Notes under the pieces: generated by a model
What the model was told of the DNA's origin: nothing
Seen by the model: only the letters and a program-made list of their open reading frames with translations
Database searches by the model: none
DNA from: Paraspadella gotoi
Lineage: Eukaryota; Animalia; Chaetognatha
Assembly: GCA_051294375.1 (NCBI GenBank)
Contig: CM119268.1
Coordinates: forward strand, 15,156,172-15,220,171
Direction of reading: 5' to 3'
Length of the DNA: 64,000 nucleotides
In this document: positions 12,679-28,030 of the stretch, in pieces
Position numbering within the stretch: position 1 is the stretch's first letter
Layout: the number at the start of each line of letters is the position of its first letter
Translations under genes and position numbers: made by a program

Positions 12679-14569
12679 TTTCATCCAAGAAAAATAAAAA
12701 AAGAAGTCATCTTTTCTGATTTTCTACTCATATTTTATAACTTATTTTCTCGTTTGTATTTTTATAAGTTTTTCACAAAAAAAAAGTCTGGAGTCTGGAT
12801 TCGATTTCTTTTTTGCGTCTGCCTCCATCGAGTAGAAAAAGAGAAAAAAAAATACCTTCAAGACCGGCCGGTCGATGTAAGCTACCACACGCTCCGAATC
12901 AATTCGAAAATAAAATCGATTTTTAGAAATTCGTTTAAAAAAAGTCATCAGCAAATAGAACTTTTGAAATTTCTAACGACGACGATTTGCGTTATGCCCC
13001 GTTTAAAAAAAAAAACCAAACAATAACCTTGCTTTTATACGTAAATACCCCGATGATTTTCCTAAGCGGATCAGTATTAATTAATATCAATACATTTCTT
13101 TTTTTCGAAATGTTTTTTGGAATAAAAACTCAGCCAGAAGCCGTGAAGACCATCGAGAAAAAAATAACTAAAAAAAAAGAAGACAAAAAAGAAAACAAAC
13201 AAAAACAACCGAATACAAACAAGTATAAAGAAGGAATACAACTGAAAGAAATCTTCGAACAAGCTTAAGAAAACAAGGTCGTCGCTAAGATAAAGCAAAG
13301 CTAATTAACAGAGGAATCGTCTTCGTTCGCCGACCCAGTCATTTTCGTCATAGTCTACCATTCTAGGGATCATTCTTTTAATGTTTTCATTTTTTAAAAA
13401 TTTTAAAACTTTTCTGAGATTAAAAACATAAAAGAGAAAGGAGTTAAATATCATTGCTCCATGCTATAAACCTAATCGGAAGCGCGGTCGTCTTAGATTT
13501 CCGCTAAATAAAAGCGTAAAATATACCTGAGATAGTAACAGACATGTACGACTTGTACGACCTAAACTTGAACCTTCACAGTTGTGCGGCGTCTATTTCT
13601 GCATATTTGCCTTTTTGCTCAACCTGTACCTATATAACCGCACTCTGTACAGTGTACACTCCCCACTTTTTTCCCTTTCCTTCTTTCCATCGATCGTCTC
13701 TCTTTAGATGCGCCGCGAGTACTCGCGGAGCAACTCTATAAGTCACTTTTCGGTCGATCTGTCGGTCGCTATGTCTGTCTGTCCGTCGGTCTGTCCCATT
13801 TGCTTCTAATTTGCCTATAGTTGATTACTCATTTGTTAAGCAGAAAAAAAACCTAAAATCTAAGGGACTCAAGATGGAATTTTCATGTCATATCACGTGA
13901 AAATAAAGTCACTGCGGCGCAACACATTTGAATTACCGTTCTTGTTACTTTAGGTTTTTCTTCTTTTTCGTCATCCAGTAATCCAGTGTCTCTTTCACGC
14001 GACAACTGTTATGTATGATTCAGTCTTTCTCTACGTTTGTGTTACATGAAGGCTGTTACAAGGCTCATCCGATTTTTCAAAGTATGCTAAAAACCATCTT
14101 CCATTCATAAACTTGTCGATACGTTGCTGCAGAATCGTCGTTCCACATTCATCTTCCTATGTGACTGCTCCAGAAAGTTGCTGTTATGAGCACAAAGATC
14201 GGAAAGGTCGGACTGAATTCAAGATAGTTTGTTCAAACCTATTTTTCATTTACTAATTTTAATGTGTATTTCATCTTTCTGTAATACAAGATAAAGAAGA
14301 TTCAGGAGCCAGAGTTAAAGAGAAGGTGCTATTAACTACTTTAGTTTGTCTTAAATATTGATATTTCAAATTTAAAGTTAAATTATAAAATTAACCGATT
14401 TTAATGTTAGTTACTAAAATATTAACGGTTAACGAAACTCTTTTTTCGATTTCAAGGATGAACTATTTGTTAAATTAATTAGATAGTAATCTATTAGTCC
14501 CGGGTATCAACAGAAATCTACCAACGTTTTGCTTACGCACAATCGCCCTCCAATTCAATCGACCACCCA

Positions 14570-14685
<116 letters not shown>

Positions 14686-15796
14686 TTCCTTCTTACTCTT
14701 GTAATAATTTAAACAGCCGATGAAAGAAAGTAAACCGTCTCGGTCGTATAACGTCTAAACGCATCTATCAAAAAGATTTAGTTTCGATATTATTCGTCGG
14801 CAAAATCGGTTTTATTTACGCGTAAGATGAATACTTTATTTTAGTTTCCACCCAAACTAATGTATCCTCTGATTTGCCAGGACTCTTTCCTCTTTTTCTT
14901 TTCGTCTCTATCTTTTTTTACTCCCTCTTTATTTTTTTTTTCATGAAGTCGACTCTCTTGTCTTTTGTTTTTTCTTTTTAACTTTTTCTTCCGCCCTCCG
15001 CGCCACCTGCCGCCTACTAAGTCTCTTTCGGGTGAAGTAGCGTTGGGAGATGAGCAAACAATTTTTAGGACATCGCGGACGGTGGAATCAGGTCTCTTCA
15101 TAAACAGCAATGTTCCATCTTCATTTTTCAATTGTTGATGCTGTGCGGTCAAGGGGAGTAATGTGTTAATATTTTTTTTTGCCCTCATTTTTCACCTAAA
15201 TCAAAAAGAGGGTAACGATGATTAAGCGCATCCGGGGTCACGATGAATTCTTTCTAAATGATATAGAAACTAAAGCGCAAAGCGAACTCTCGCACTCGCG
15301 AATCGTATGAAACATCTAATAACGGACAAGTTTTTGCTATTGCTCTTATTAAGTTTTTTTTTTTCTTCGACAAATTGGATGATGAATCGGAGGAGGAGGA
15401 GGAGGAGGAGGGGAAGCTCCCGACTAAGATGATGAGAGGCGCCGGTCGGGGATGCGCGACCAAGTTCGATCTTCGCTTCTCGCCGACTGCATCCGGGCAA
15501 ATACACTGTGAACTTCACAGTGTGAAGTCTACATTTTACACTGTTTACTCTTTCGGTGGTCTTTTTCATCTTAGCCTCCGATTGTCGCTTTTCCTCACGT
15601 ATGATGCGAAGAGATGCGATTTGATTTTTAGTTAAGAAAATTATTAAAAATTCAAATCGAACACAATTTGCATCTTGCATCCCATGGAAAAAAAAAAGCA
15701 TTTGCGACGCAGAATTTTTCTTCGTTGGCAAACATCTGGTCCGACGGCCTCCCGAAAGCCGCGGCCGAAACCCCAAGTCACGTGAGTCTTCATGGG

Positions 15797-15859
<63 letters not shown>

Positions 15860-15972
15860 TCTCTCTCTCGTCTCTCTCTCTCTACTCTCTCGCCTCTCTT
15901 TTGAAACTCAGTGAACGTCGCAGCAAGAGCGTGAAGTCAAATTATTGCGAGATGGATGGCTGCGCAGCTGTA

Positions 15973-16012
<40 letters not shown>

Positions 16013-16604
16013 TTTTCAGTGCAAAAGCAGAGTGAAAAAATTCCGAGAATCCTGTTTTCATTTCATTTCATTACGAATTACAGCGTCCACAATAGACGCG
16101 CCGCTTCTATTTTCTTATGAAGAGAATATCAGTCCATGCATTCCCTTAATTCGTTCGTTATTTTTTTTTCTAAGTAGAAACTCTGTTTATTGTTGTCTGA
16201 TTACAATCATAAACATTTATACATTTGAACACGAGATATATTTATTATTTAATTCGATTAATAACCATATACTAAATTCAAGGGAAATTTTAGTCAGCCC
16301 AAAAAAGAAAATAGGGTCCCTTAAAAATGACGACAAGGTGAAAAGAAGAAAGGATAATTCCTCGAGACCCAAAGAGGAATGAGTACGAGGCTCGTGAAGG
16401 TTTGGAGGACAAAAGGATTAAAATCCCTTATGCAAATGCAAAAGAGAAAAAAAAAGAGTCGGAGTAAAACGGAAGAAAACGTAATATTTGAAAAGCTCCC
16501 CCCCGGAAAAAGAAGGGAAATTAAAAGTAAAAATACGATATCCATGAAAGAAAAGATCTACTAAGGTTTATCTGGTGATCTTTTGTCTAAAAATTCTCTC
16601 TCTT

Positions 16605-16639
<35 letters not shown>

Positions 16640-16907
16640 CTCTTCTCCTCTCTCTCTCTCTCTCTCTCTCCTCCTTCTTTTCTCTCTCTTCTCTCTCTCT
16701 CTCCCTGTCTTTCTTCGCCCGAGTCGAGCCTTTCGATCTCGTGGATCAAGATTCAAGATTCTCCAAACTTTCTTTGTTCGGGTTCGTGTGTTTTTGTCTA
16801 AAAATAAAACTTAAAACTAGACGGAGTCGGTGATCCTAAGTCGCTTGACGGCTTATAAAACGAATTCGTCAAATAAAAAAGAAATATTCGTCTAAAGATT
16901 AAATCTC

Positions 16908-16959
<52 letters not shown>

Positions 16960-17383
16960 CTCACTCTCTCTCTCTTCTCTCTCTCTCTCTCTCTCTCTCT
17001 ATGACTCCTTTATCTTCAATATTTCATTCCCTCCCTCACCCTCATTCGCCTCACCTTTTCTGACAATCCCCTCGCGGCCTCGCGCGCATGGCGATTCAAT
17101 GATTCACTTCCCCCGATTCGTCTCTCGCTTTTTCCTTTCTCCGGTGTCGCCTTTCCCCGTTTTTTTCTTTTTTAATTTGGTTAAACGTAAAATAAAAAGT
17201 CGAAAGGCGAATCCCGTCGCCTTCGTTCTTTGCACACTGGATAATGAACGAACCAAGTCTCTCGATCGCTCTCGTAATTTCATCTCATACGTTTTACAGT
17301 ATTTTTAAGATTTTACCTACGGAGTCGTTTATTCCTCGCGCGACATGGAAGGTCACCAGTCAATTTTCTCAGAGCTCGTCTCA

Positions 17384-17417
<34 letters not shown>

Positions 17418-17613
17418 AACATAAAAAAGAAAACAACAAAAAAAAACAAAAAACTAAGTTTGAATCGCGAGAAAAAAAAGTTAGTCTTTTTTGGTTCTCC
17501 GTTCTCCTCACTCACACGTCTGTCATGGTGATAAATAGGGATTCACGGGGGAAGCGACAACGCTCAGGCGCCACTCGCTCTCTTTGTGTGTTTTGACAGA
17601 AAGAGAGAGAGAG

Positions 17614-17676
<63 letters not shown>

Positions 17677-17980
17677 TCTGATGGTTCTAATTCTAAACTC
17701 GGGCCAGCTTATTTCAATCGATAATGTTTTGATTTTACTTAATTCGTTTTCGACTCTTTTTCTTTGTTATTTTATTTTTTTTTATCCAAAAGACGGCTTT
17801 CTTCCTGTCTTGATCTTGTATCTTCGAAAAGGTTTTAATGTCTTTTGACTTCCTATTTTTCTTCTATTTCTTAATTTTTAATTTATATGTTTTTTTCTTC
17901 TTTTCTCTTTTTACTTTTTCCCCTATTTTTACTTTTATTTGTAATTTTCTTATATCGTTACTCCCTTTTTTTTCTCTCGT

Positions 17981-18072
<92 letters not shown>

Positions 18073-18376
18073 TCCTCTCCTTTCTTTCCTATCTTACACT
18101 GTTATAACTGGTTATTTTTTATTTATTGAGACTTTCTTTGTTCCGAATTTCTGTGGTTTCGACTGAACAAAGAAGATCCCTTCGGCTTTTTCGATGGCGA
18201 CTTCTTATCTTTATCGTTCTCTTCCTCTCTTCGTCTTCTTCGTCATCGTCAACGATTCGATTTTCAAAAAAACCAAACAAACAAAGAACTTCAATAAAAT
18301 TATGTAAAATAATTCAACAAAATCGGCATCTAATTAAGAAGATCCTCAGCGACGTAAATTAACAAGAAGTAAAAAC

Positions 18377-18419
<43 letters not shown>

Positions 18420-21400
18420 GAGCCAATATTAAAGAGATCGTACAACTATCCTCTCGACTTGCTTCATTTTACAAGCATGACCAAGTTTTTCTGTTTTTAG
18501 CACTTTTTATAAACGTGTGAGCTAGAGCAGGCCAATGCCAAAACGGGCAAGGGCAAGGCACAAAAAAACAACTGCCGTTACCCTTTTTCGAGAAGAAACA
18601 AGACATTTTTATGCTTTCTAAATGTTATTACAATTTTAAAAAACGGTTTTACAAAATCATGCTCTAGACCAATTTTATTGTTTCCCTCATATCAGTTGCC
18701 GCTCCTTGAACTATTAGTTATAATTAAAAACTCTTCGTAAACATTTTTAAAGAATTAGTTTCGTTACCAGTTTAAGCGCAAGATTTTTGGATTACGAACA
18801 ATTCATAAAACCCCCCGATTAGCCAAAGTTAGCATTCCTTTGCGTAACAAAACACTCATTTCCAGTAAGGCTCTTTCACTATTAATCGCCACGTGAAACA
18901 AACATCGAAACTCGAAAATATCGATTTTCTTGCGCATTTATTGCCACTGGAAAATTGTTTATTTTTTAATTTTAAATAATTTAAATAATTTTAAATATAA
19001 AAATAATTAGAAAAAAAGGTGACAGCTGCGCAAAACAATACGATGGGATAATTTAAAAAACTAGAATGCCAGTTGGCTGAAAGTTTTCACAGTGCGCCCT
19101 AGACCTATAAGCCCAGAATCAACTACACCATATGCTCCCGATGTCATCGAAATAATTTTCGCGCGACATAATTCGCCAAATAATTTCACCAAATAAATAT
19201 TAGTTTATGTGCGAAGCTTGTGTCAAGTCCGAACGCCGAACGAAATCGAATCAGATGTTGTCAGCTTTTCGGCAATCTCCATCGTACAGCCTGTTCATTT
19301 TTCACGACCTAAAAATTCTTGACAGCACTATTGCCAAACCTCGGATTCATTATGCTCAGTACTTACAATTCAGACCTACTTGCATGAATCAAAGTGCACC
19401 TCAACAAGATGAACTTTTACTAAAGCCTGCACCCTAAAGTTTTAGTCACAAAAATATCGTTCACCAAACTAATGTTGACAGCACTAATTGCGTCCGACGT
19501 CCGGTTGGACTTCTTCCTCCCGAACCGAAAACTACTTTTTATGTCCTTCGAGCCAGACGTCGGACATTAAATTTTTATCAAACTCTATTTTAACTTCATG
19601 TATCTTCAAGATATATCGTCCGTTTATACCCGTTTTGGGCTAAATGTGTTGACTTATTCATTGCTAAAATATTGTCACTACCTGAATGTCGTCGTCCTTA
19701 TCAACTCAAAATTGTCTTTGTTAATTTAAAGACTATCCTTATCCACGCAGTGTTGTAAACAGCTGCCTGAAAATTATCTAAATTTTTTTAAAGGGTTTAA
19801 ATAAACTTTCTTTCGTTATTTATATATTTTTTAAACATTCCCTTAGCGCGTGTTGTATTTTCTTAAGTAAACAAAATCGACATGACTAGAGAAACGTTTG
19901 GGCCTTCGAGGACAAAAAACCTCTGCGTTTAAACCGTCCCTTAGGTCAATTGCCGGGAAAAAAACACAGCTACCTTCTTCCCAGCACATCTTGCAGCGGC
20001 TTAAGTCACAAATCGCTAAATTCAAATATTATATGCCTTACATTATACATAGCTATTAATTGAAATTTCTTAGTTTCCAATGGCGCACAGGAAGACATGA
20101 CCATTCAATCTCGCGCTGTCACGAGTTGCGATACCGAATCCCGGGTTTGAATTTAATGCTCGACGTGTTCGTAAAAGGCTCTGTCAGCCGGCGTTAGAAG
20201 GTTCTATATTTCGTTCAAATGCTCCTAAACATCCATTTTTGTTCTTTGGAGTACATATTGATCGATATTTTGAGTCTTTATTGACGCTTTAATTAAGCCT
20301 TCACCAGTGCCTTGCGATGTTACCGCATATGCCATATAAGGCGCAAGCGATTTTGAAAATAATCGCCTCTTCACATTCAATCAGCGGCGCGCCGAGCAGA
20401 ACATGGCGGGCCCCTTCACTGGCCCCCTGGACGCCCCCCTCCGCTCTCCATAATTCAGTTTTCGAATACCGACTTCTCTGCCTTTGAAAATTGCCTCCAG
20501 TGCCTCAAACTCTGCCTCCAGGACTTTTCAACCCTTGCGCCATTGGAGTTTTTACTGAAACTTTTATTTTTAATTTTTTCTTTTTAAACTCCACAATCAT
20601 TGTGACCACCTCCTGCTAGTCTGAGCGGGAGGCCCGGTCGTAAATTTGGTTAAACTACTGACTAGATGAGATTTAGCGGCTTATTTCTTAATTCATGAGC
20701 CTCTAATTTTCTTTCATTCCTTTTTTTTTCTTTTCCTTCCTTCTTTTTTTCTTTTTTTTACTTTTCTAATGTTCTGCTAAATAGCTTTAACTATTACTTC
20801 ATTAAGTTCATAGTATAAAGCAATTGATGCTCAATGCTCTCTTAATTTTTGAGACAGAGCCCGGACGATCTAACAAACAGCCTCATCTTCGCCTAGCCGA
20901 GCGGACCTCCGCCCTCGTCCGCCAATGATGTGCGAGACCGCCTGAGGCATTCTCGAGGCGCGCTCTTCTCCTTCGTGAATCCTTGGTCGCCCTCGCAGAT
21001 GGTTTGTGCCGCCCTGAGAGGAGCCCAGAATGGGCTCTAGTTGCTCGATCACTCCGGACTAGAGTGGCCGACGCTTATCGGGATTTAAGTTGAACAGCAA
21101 GCACGCGAACAGGCAGCGTTGGAACTATGACTCCCTCAAGCCGCTTTCATAGGTTACACTAAACTTAATATATTATAAAATATTTACATATTTAATATGT
21201 AATTCATGTCATTAACAATGCATTTAGTATTTTTCAAATTCATTCTCTTCTATATTTAAAAATACATTTAATTCTCCATTTTAATTTATTCTTATTAGCA
21301 TGTACCGCTAATAAACACTAAAAGGGCTTTTACGTGTTATGCATACTTTTCACCACTCGCCGCTATTGGCGACAGTAGTCGCGTGATTTAGAAATTTTTG

Positions 21401-24400
21401 TCTGAGATTTCAATTTCTTTTAAAAAAAATCAGTGGCACAACAATATCAGCGAATTTTTCAGGGATGCACGCCATGTCAGACGTTTGGAATTACTACGCA
21501 GCTTTTGAAACAAGGCGATGTGAGTCGAAACCTTAATCCCTCTACCCTTTAACGGTTTCAGAATTGCAGGATTAAGCATTAGTCTGGCTAATTGTAAACT
21601 ATCGTCAAGTTTTACAAACGTTACAGCAGAGATTCGATGGACGAGCTATCCGTTTCTACTCCGGGAGGAAGGAATGCGATCTATGACGGAAAGAGGGCGA
21701 TTCAACGTCGAAAGATCAAAGGCACCCAATTGGACTTACGGTTCCCTAATTGCATCATAACCGAGCGCCGCGCCAACAATTCTTTTGAAATTGCTGGTGG
21801 CCAAAAATGTTGTTTTCACGCAAGGGAGACGCCACAAAACTCGAGGAATGAGACGCTCGGCATGCAGAAAAGAGAAAGGACTATGGCAACAGCCGCCGGT
21901 TGCCTGTGCATCCCATTAGGTATAGGGACATCCTCACTGTTGGCTTTTGGGGGCTTCCTACCCTCAGTGACGCGCCTCCAGTTCACTGCGCGCGGTCTTA
22001 CCCTAGAACTGGTACTCGCTCCCGACTCGTGTTTCCCCCTCTGAGCCAATGGATTTGGCCGGCAGGATGCTGTGCGACGCGTAAGGCGGTGTGACAATAT
22101 ACCGCCCACAAAGCGTTTCATAGGGGTTTTTCTTAATCTCGGGAGAATTCTAAAATTTTTATTTTGTAACTTCCTTAGTCCTTATCATAAAAAAACTAAT
22201 CTTAGTATAAATACAATCTCTACACGTTTTCAAGAATTTATGTCTTCGGCATAATCCGGCGGTACAATTTAAAAGATGCATCAACGAATAATATTACTGC
22301 ATAAAAGCCGTCACGATCGGAAGTCTCATCGCTTTGCGCGCCACAAAATTTTTCTGTTTGTTTACTGCGCGCGCTTCAAGACGGAAAATGAATTTCAGAG
22401 AGCGGATTAAAAAATCACTACACAGGTACACCCGCTAGACACTGGCGCCCATGTAATTTTCTTTCAAAAGATTTCGAAAATCTTTGATATTTAATTCTTT
22501 CTCTATAACAGAACATATATATACAAATACACATGTGACGAGCGTTATATGCCACGAGATGCGAAACACTCGATCAACCTACAGCCACATGCTCCACTCT
22601 GTATTAATGACCTCTCTCATCGCACGTTGAATTATTACCCACGCGCATCGCACCGTAAGTACATTAAAAGCTGCAACGTAAACCGACTCTTGGCGCGAAC
22701 CCTATACTGTATAAGATAGACATCCATAACTGCTCAGCATCATAATCCGTACAGTCACTAAATCGACGTAAGTACTATCTCCTCGACTCTACATCATCAC
22801 TACGCCCACACTGCAGCTACTGCTCCCTCTAACACACCACTCCGCCCGCTCCACGATCACTTACTACGAGAGACACCTATCAACAGCCAACATCGACAGC
22901 TGCCTGCATCGCGCTGACTATCCACCCTCCTCAGACTATCCCAAGCCGACTCCTCTCTCAGTCTCGTTTTAAATTCACTCCTCAGCGTTATATCACATGA
23001 GCGCGCGTGCGACAGTGCGACAGATGACACAATGATGCGCAGCCCTATACACGAGGTCTGACACTCGACCGAGTCTTCACTCTCAGATCCGTATATGCCA
23101 GCTCAGAGCGCGAAGTGCGCACACATCGCGTACTCAGCTCACTTATTATATCGCAGCAGACCGACACTCTCTCTGTATAGTGAGCCCCGCAAATCTAGCA
23201 TTCAAAACTACAAGGATCAGAATTTAAATGAAATTTGGTACAACCAATATAAAAAATTATCCATTCATTTTAACTAAACTAGGCTTTGCAAGCTATATGT
23301 AAAGCTACATATTATGTATTATGTACAGTGCGCTCATTATCCATTACAGCCGCTCTCTCGTGAGAGAAGCGTGGACCTCGACACTTCACTCACACGCGAG
23401 AGACTCCATGTTCCGGCCCTCCAACCTCCCCCGCGACTGTCCATATACTCTCGATATGGCATGCACCAATAAAAAAGCTTTCATTTCAATTCTTAATACA
23501 GTAATTACCTAATGCCTCCCAACTTGGTGGGCGAGTGCTCATCACCAACTCCCCGATGTTAGTCTCACCACAAATCTTTGGGATCACGCTAGAGACGTAA
23601 AAAAACCAAATGGGCATCGCGCTTTTTCAAGTAAAAGCATCACCATGCTACGCCATTCAATTAAACTTGTTGCATCAAATCGAAGGCATTCTATTCATTA
23701 GATACATTTCATATGATATACCTTGCTTATGCCCTCAGTCTTTGAAGGATTGCCCGTGAATGTTGCCGGTCCCTAACCGCCTTCGCATTGGCAGCGGCGC
23801 TGATACGTCCCATTCCCATCCTGTTGTTGCTCAGCCAATGCGTCGGTGTCTTTTCCCGGGCGGAAGCAGTTTCCGTGGGGAAAGCCCATCCGTTCCGTGT
23901 TTACACCACGTCGTTCATTGCGAACACTTTCTGTTGTTGCATACAGGTTTTTCATAAATATTGATGTTAGGATTTGATATAAAATTGATACATACTTGAG
24001 TCTTTGAGTTTTAAATCATCTGACTTTGTCTTGCCTTTCAGCGTATCGAAAGGCCGGAGCAGCCTGTCGATTCACCTTCTTCGAAATTTCCAATTATCCA
24101 ACTACATGGTCGGATTTCAGTTACTATTTTATTTCTAATTTCCTAATCAATTTTAGTTCCACTTTATTCTAGAGCACTCTGCAAGGATGACCGTAACAAC
24201 GTGATCTCAGGCCCCGGGAAACAATAACGAATCGTCATGCCAGAAAAATTCTCTTGCAAAGTCATTCGATCGATTTGCATTGGAGAATTGCGGCGCGGCA
24301 ACGAAACAGAGGAAGGTCGATTCTTTTTTCGATGCTGCAGCGACAACACCGGTGTCGATTTTCGCTTAAGGGATTTTTTTAAAAATTTTTTTAATGATTT

Positions 24401-27329
24401 TCTGTTTTTTATCGATATCTAACAACTACAATAAATTTTGTAATATGTGTAAAGAATTTAAAAACTATCACTTTTGAAGTTAGTGCAATTTCTAAAAGAA
24501 AAAATAAAAACATTTGTACAATTTATAAAACAATAATTATTTGCTACCAAAGTTACAAACGGCAATAGAATGTAGCAAAAAAAGAAAAAGACAAAGCTTT
24601 CATGAATCTTTTTATCGCTTCTCCTTAAATTGTGGCACAAATTTAATTGTGTAGGTTTTGGCGCTTTCAATTTATTGCATTCTTTTCTTCTGTGTTTAAG
24701 GCGTTTATTAGCCAAATACTTCGCGCGATAGCGCACAGCGTCAGTCAGTGACACTGCTCAATTTCGACGTTTTATTTTAAAATTAGTATTTTTATATTAT
24801 ATTGTTTTTTATCTAATAAAAATCAGCCAATATAAAAATTCGTACGTCTTCGCTTAATTGCGTTAATCTTAATTCATATTAGATTATTTTTTTAACGGTT
24901 TAGGGGTACGTTTTCAAAATAAAAATTTTTAATTTAAAAGTTTTTTTTTTGCTTTTACCCAATGTTATTTTTTTCTTTTTTTATAGAAATAAGATTTTTT
25001 AACTATATCGCTCATAAAAAAGCAAGAAAACAACAATAACCGACCGGCAAATCCCAATTGGCGCGACATGTACATTGTACAATTTAAGGCCAAAAAAGAC
25101 TTCTTGGCCTGTATGCAACAGTAATCCATCTTTTTTTTTTGGGGGGGGGCCGATTTAAATTGCTACATTACCCCCACCCGGTTTTTCGCGTCAGTTTTTT
25201 TTGTTTGTTTTTGCGAGCCGTTACATTAAATAAAAGTTTCTCACAATTAAATGCCAATAATACAGTGCTCTGCGAATTTATTGAGTACTTTCAATGCGTC
25301 TATAGCGAAAGCCAACTCTATTTTCCAATTATCAAAAAGCTGTTGTTTCCAGCCCTCTGCTATCTGGTATTTAAACACTTGCGGCGTTTAATTCTCGATT
25401 AGCCTTCAATATTGGGCCGAATGCATGTTACCTGACGTATCTAAAAACTGCTATCCGGCCGATTCCGCCAACAAACGCGAGGCACTCCAGCTAGACGAAA
25501 ACACCCAAGTAGCGATGTCCTTTTTCAAATACACATTATCTGCTTATTCCGCACCTCGTTGCATCATTGAAAGTCAATAGAACAGCTTCAATTTAAACAG
25601 TATATAACAAACAAGATAACAATGTTGACTGAAAAATCTGCGAACACGAACAAAAACAAGATAGTAACTGTCTAATTTTTTTTTTAAATGCACAAACGAA
25701 TCTATTAGCCGCATCGAAACAGGAAGCAACGCGTCACGTTGAACATTGTAAAAATTGTAGTTCTCGTGGAATAAAATTTGACAATGTAAACAAAAAACGG
25801 TAAACATCCAATGCCACAAGAATTGAGCTACCAAATATAAATAAGAGGAACCGTAACCGTTTTACACAAAACAGTACGCTGACGCAAAATTGCATTTTCA
25901 AAAATGCGTATGTTCTACGAATACTTTTAACTCCTCTAGACAATAATAAACATTATTAAATTTTTTACTCACCTATCGAAAATTAACCAAAATATGTGCT
26001 AATAAGATTATCTACCTATACCAATTTATTCATGCGTTAAATTTCAGGGGTTTTTTTTGTCACTGAGCGGCTAAGTTTGTCCAGCATAAAAAACTAAGTC
26101 GCGCAAATACTTTGATTTCCCGGTCCTTGATAGTCTGGCTAACGTTCAAAACGAAATGCCCAGTTCACCAAGGTGATTGTGAACCTAAACACAAATCCCG
26201 CTTTCCCCGAAACACAATTTAATTTTCAAGGGATCGTTCTTTCAAATTTATGGTGATGTTCTAACACACGCACGAGTTAAGTTTTCATTGGCAGTTGCCT
26301 CCCAACTTCCTTTCCGTTTTTTTTCATCGATACACAGCACTCGATATAACGCTCGTGATCAGCGCCATCTAACCAATTATTTTCCAAAGGAAAATACGGA
26401 AATAAGGACTTTGCAGATTTACCTCTCGGGTTTTTTTTTTTCTTTAAAGTTTCTTAACTTTCCTGCGATGCCATTACGATTCTCAACTATTCCCGTCGGG
26501 TCTTCTCTTCTCCTCTCTACGCCACGTGTTTTTGGTTCTCATATACGCGAATCACCCTCGCAACACGCCCTTCGACGTGATACTTCACACCGAATCCTTC
26601 CGAATGCGTTTCTTTCTCAAATTTTGGCCGGTGGCATTCCCGATCCTCGTTCGTGTCCGCCGCCCTCGCCCGTATGCGCTCTTCCCCTGCAACCTCCTCG
26701 ACTCTCTTTCGCCTCTTCATCTCAGGCGCCATAAATTCCTCTCTTTTCTCCTGCGTCTCTTCCTCTGCCTAGCATCTACTTCTCGTTCTCCTCACCGCTC
26801 CTCCTTTCCTGCCATCACCCCGCGCTCCTACAATTCTGCTGCTCCTCCCTCCCCTTCGCAAGCTCGTTCACATCGCGCCCGTCATCGGCTAGACGTCATT
26901 TGTCGGCTGTCTGACAACTCGCGACGTCTTTCACCGTCGACGTCATCCGATACGGCCACGCGTTATCTCGTCCCCTACAGCTCCTTGTTGCCGATCCTTA
27001 ACGCCGTTTGAGCAAAAAAATAATACTGTTAAATCTTTGTTCACAGGATTTGTCTCTCAGATTTATTTGAAATTCTTAAATAGAAGCGTGTTACTCGAAC
27101 TTCTCGATTGTTCTCCATTCTACAATTATGCTGTCTTCACGATTACCTATATCCAAATTTCGCGGCCTTCGGCATTTCTCTTTAACTTATCTATGCTTTA
27201 AATAATCTGCCAGATTTCAATTTGCCCATAATAACACTTGCATACTTTAATAAAAGAGATATTTCATATACATGTAGTCAGCGTGTTCGTGACACAGTCG
27301 AAGTCAACCTTGACGTACGACTGAATTTA

Positions 27330-28030
27330 TATATTTATTTTTGAGGCAGACTTTCTCGGAGTATTTGGTTACCGACTAACTATGCCAACAACTCTCTTCC
27401 TCTGCTCAAGTGTCGTGTAAATTATCGAGACATCGGAAAAGACACCGAAGCGACTTCACACCTGAACAACAAGAAGATCCCTTCGGCTTTTATACGATGC
27501 CCGCACTTCTCGCTTAGAATCTGGTTTATTCGTTACTCTTCCCCTGCTGTCTTCATAACTTCCTTGCGCTCAATCATAGTCAACGATTCGACTTGTTCCA
27601 ATAAAAAAACCGCCAAGGAACCCAACAAACAGAACCATTGTACCGAATGAAGAGCCAAACAGGGTACATGCGGTATTGAAGAAAGTAATATTTTCACATC
27701 CAAAACAACAAATCCAGCGGCCCAATGTAATTTAAGAAGATCTGTCACCATCCGCATACTATCTGTGTAACAAGATCCTGCCGAAGTCCATAAAATCTTC
27801 AATTAAGACAAAGATATATAGTTTAATAAAATATAAACGTAAATTTAAGAAGAGAGAGAGAGACCACGCGTACATAATACGCCCACAATGATCAGCAGAA
27901 CACTCAGACATTCGTTGGATCTCTTCTTATCAAAACCAATCTGCATAAGCAATAGAAGATTCAACAATCAACGTTACAAAATTTGTAAAGCGCAGCGCAG
28001 ATATACTTATTTTACAAACCTTATATAGGT
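27330..28030 (+). repeat. Insertion-rich degraded copy of ~18115-18480 (probable long-read artefact)
   Basis: Shares colinear anchors AAGAAGATCCCTTCGGCTTTT, GTCAACGATTCGA, TTAAGAAGATC, AAACGTAA and (GA)n with the upstream copy, and is expanded about two-fold by inserted bases. Confidence 0.75.

Noticed and set aside
15443-15463. Perfect hairpin ACACTGTGAA-C-TTCACAGTGT
   Set aside because: Only 10 bp with a 1-nt loop, too short for a pre-miRNA, and no known mature miRNA was recognised.
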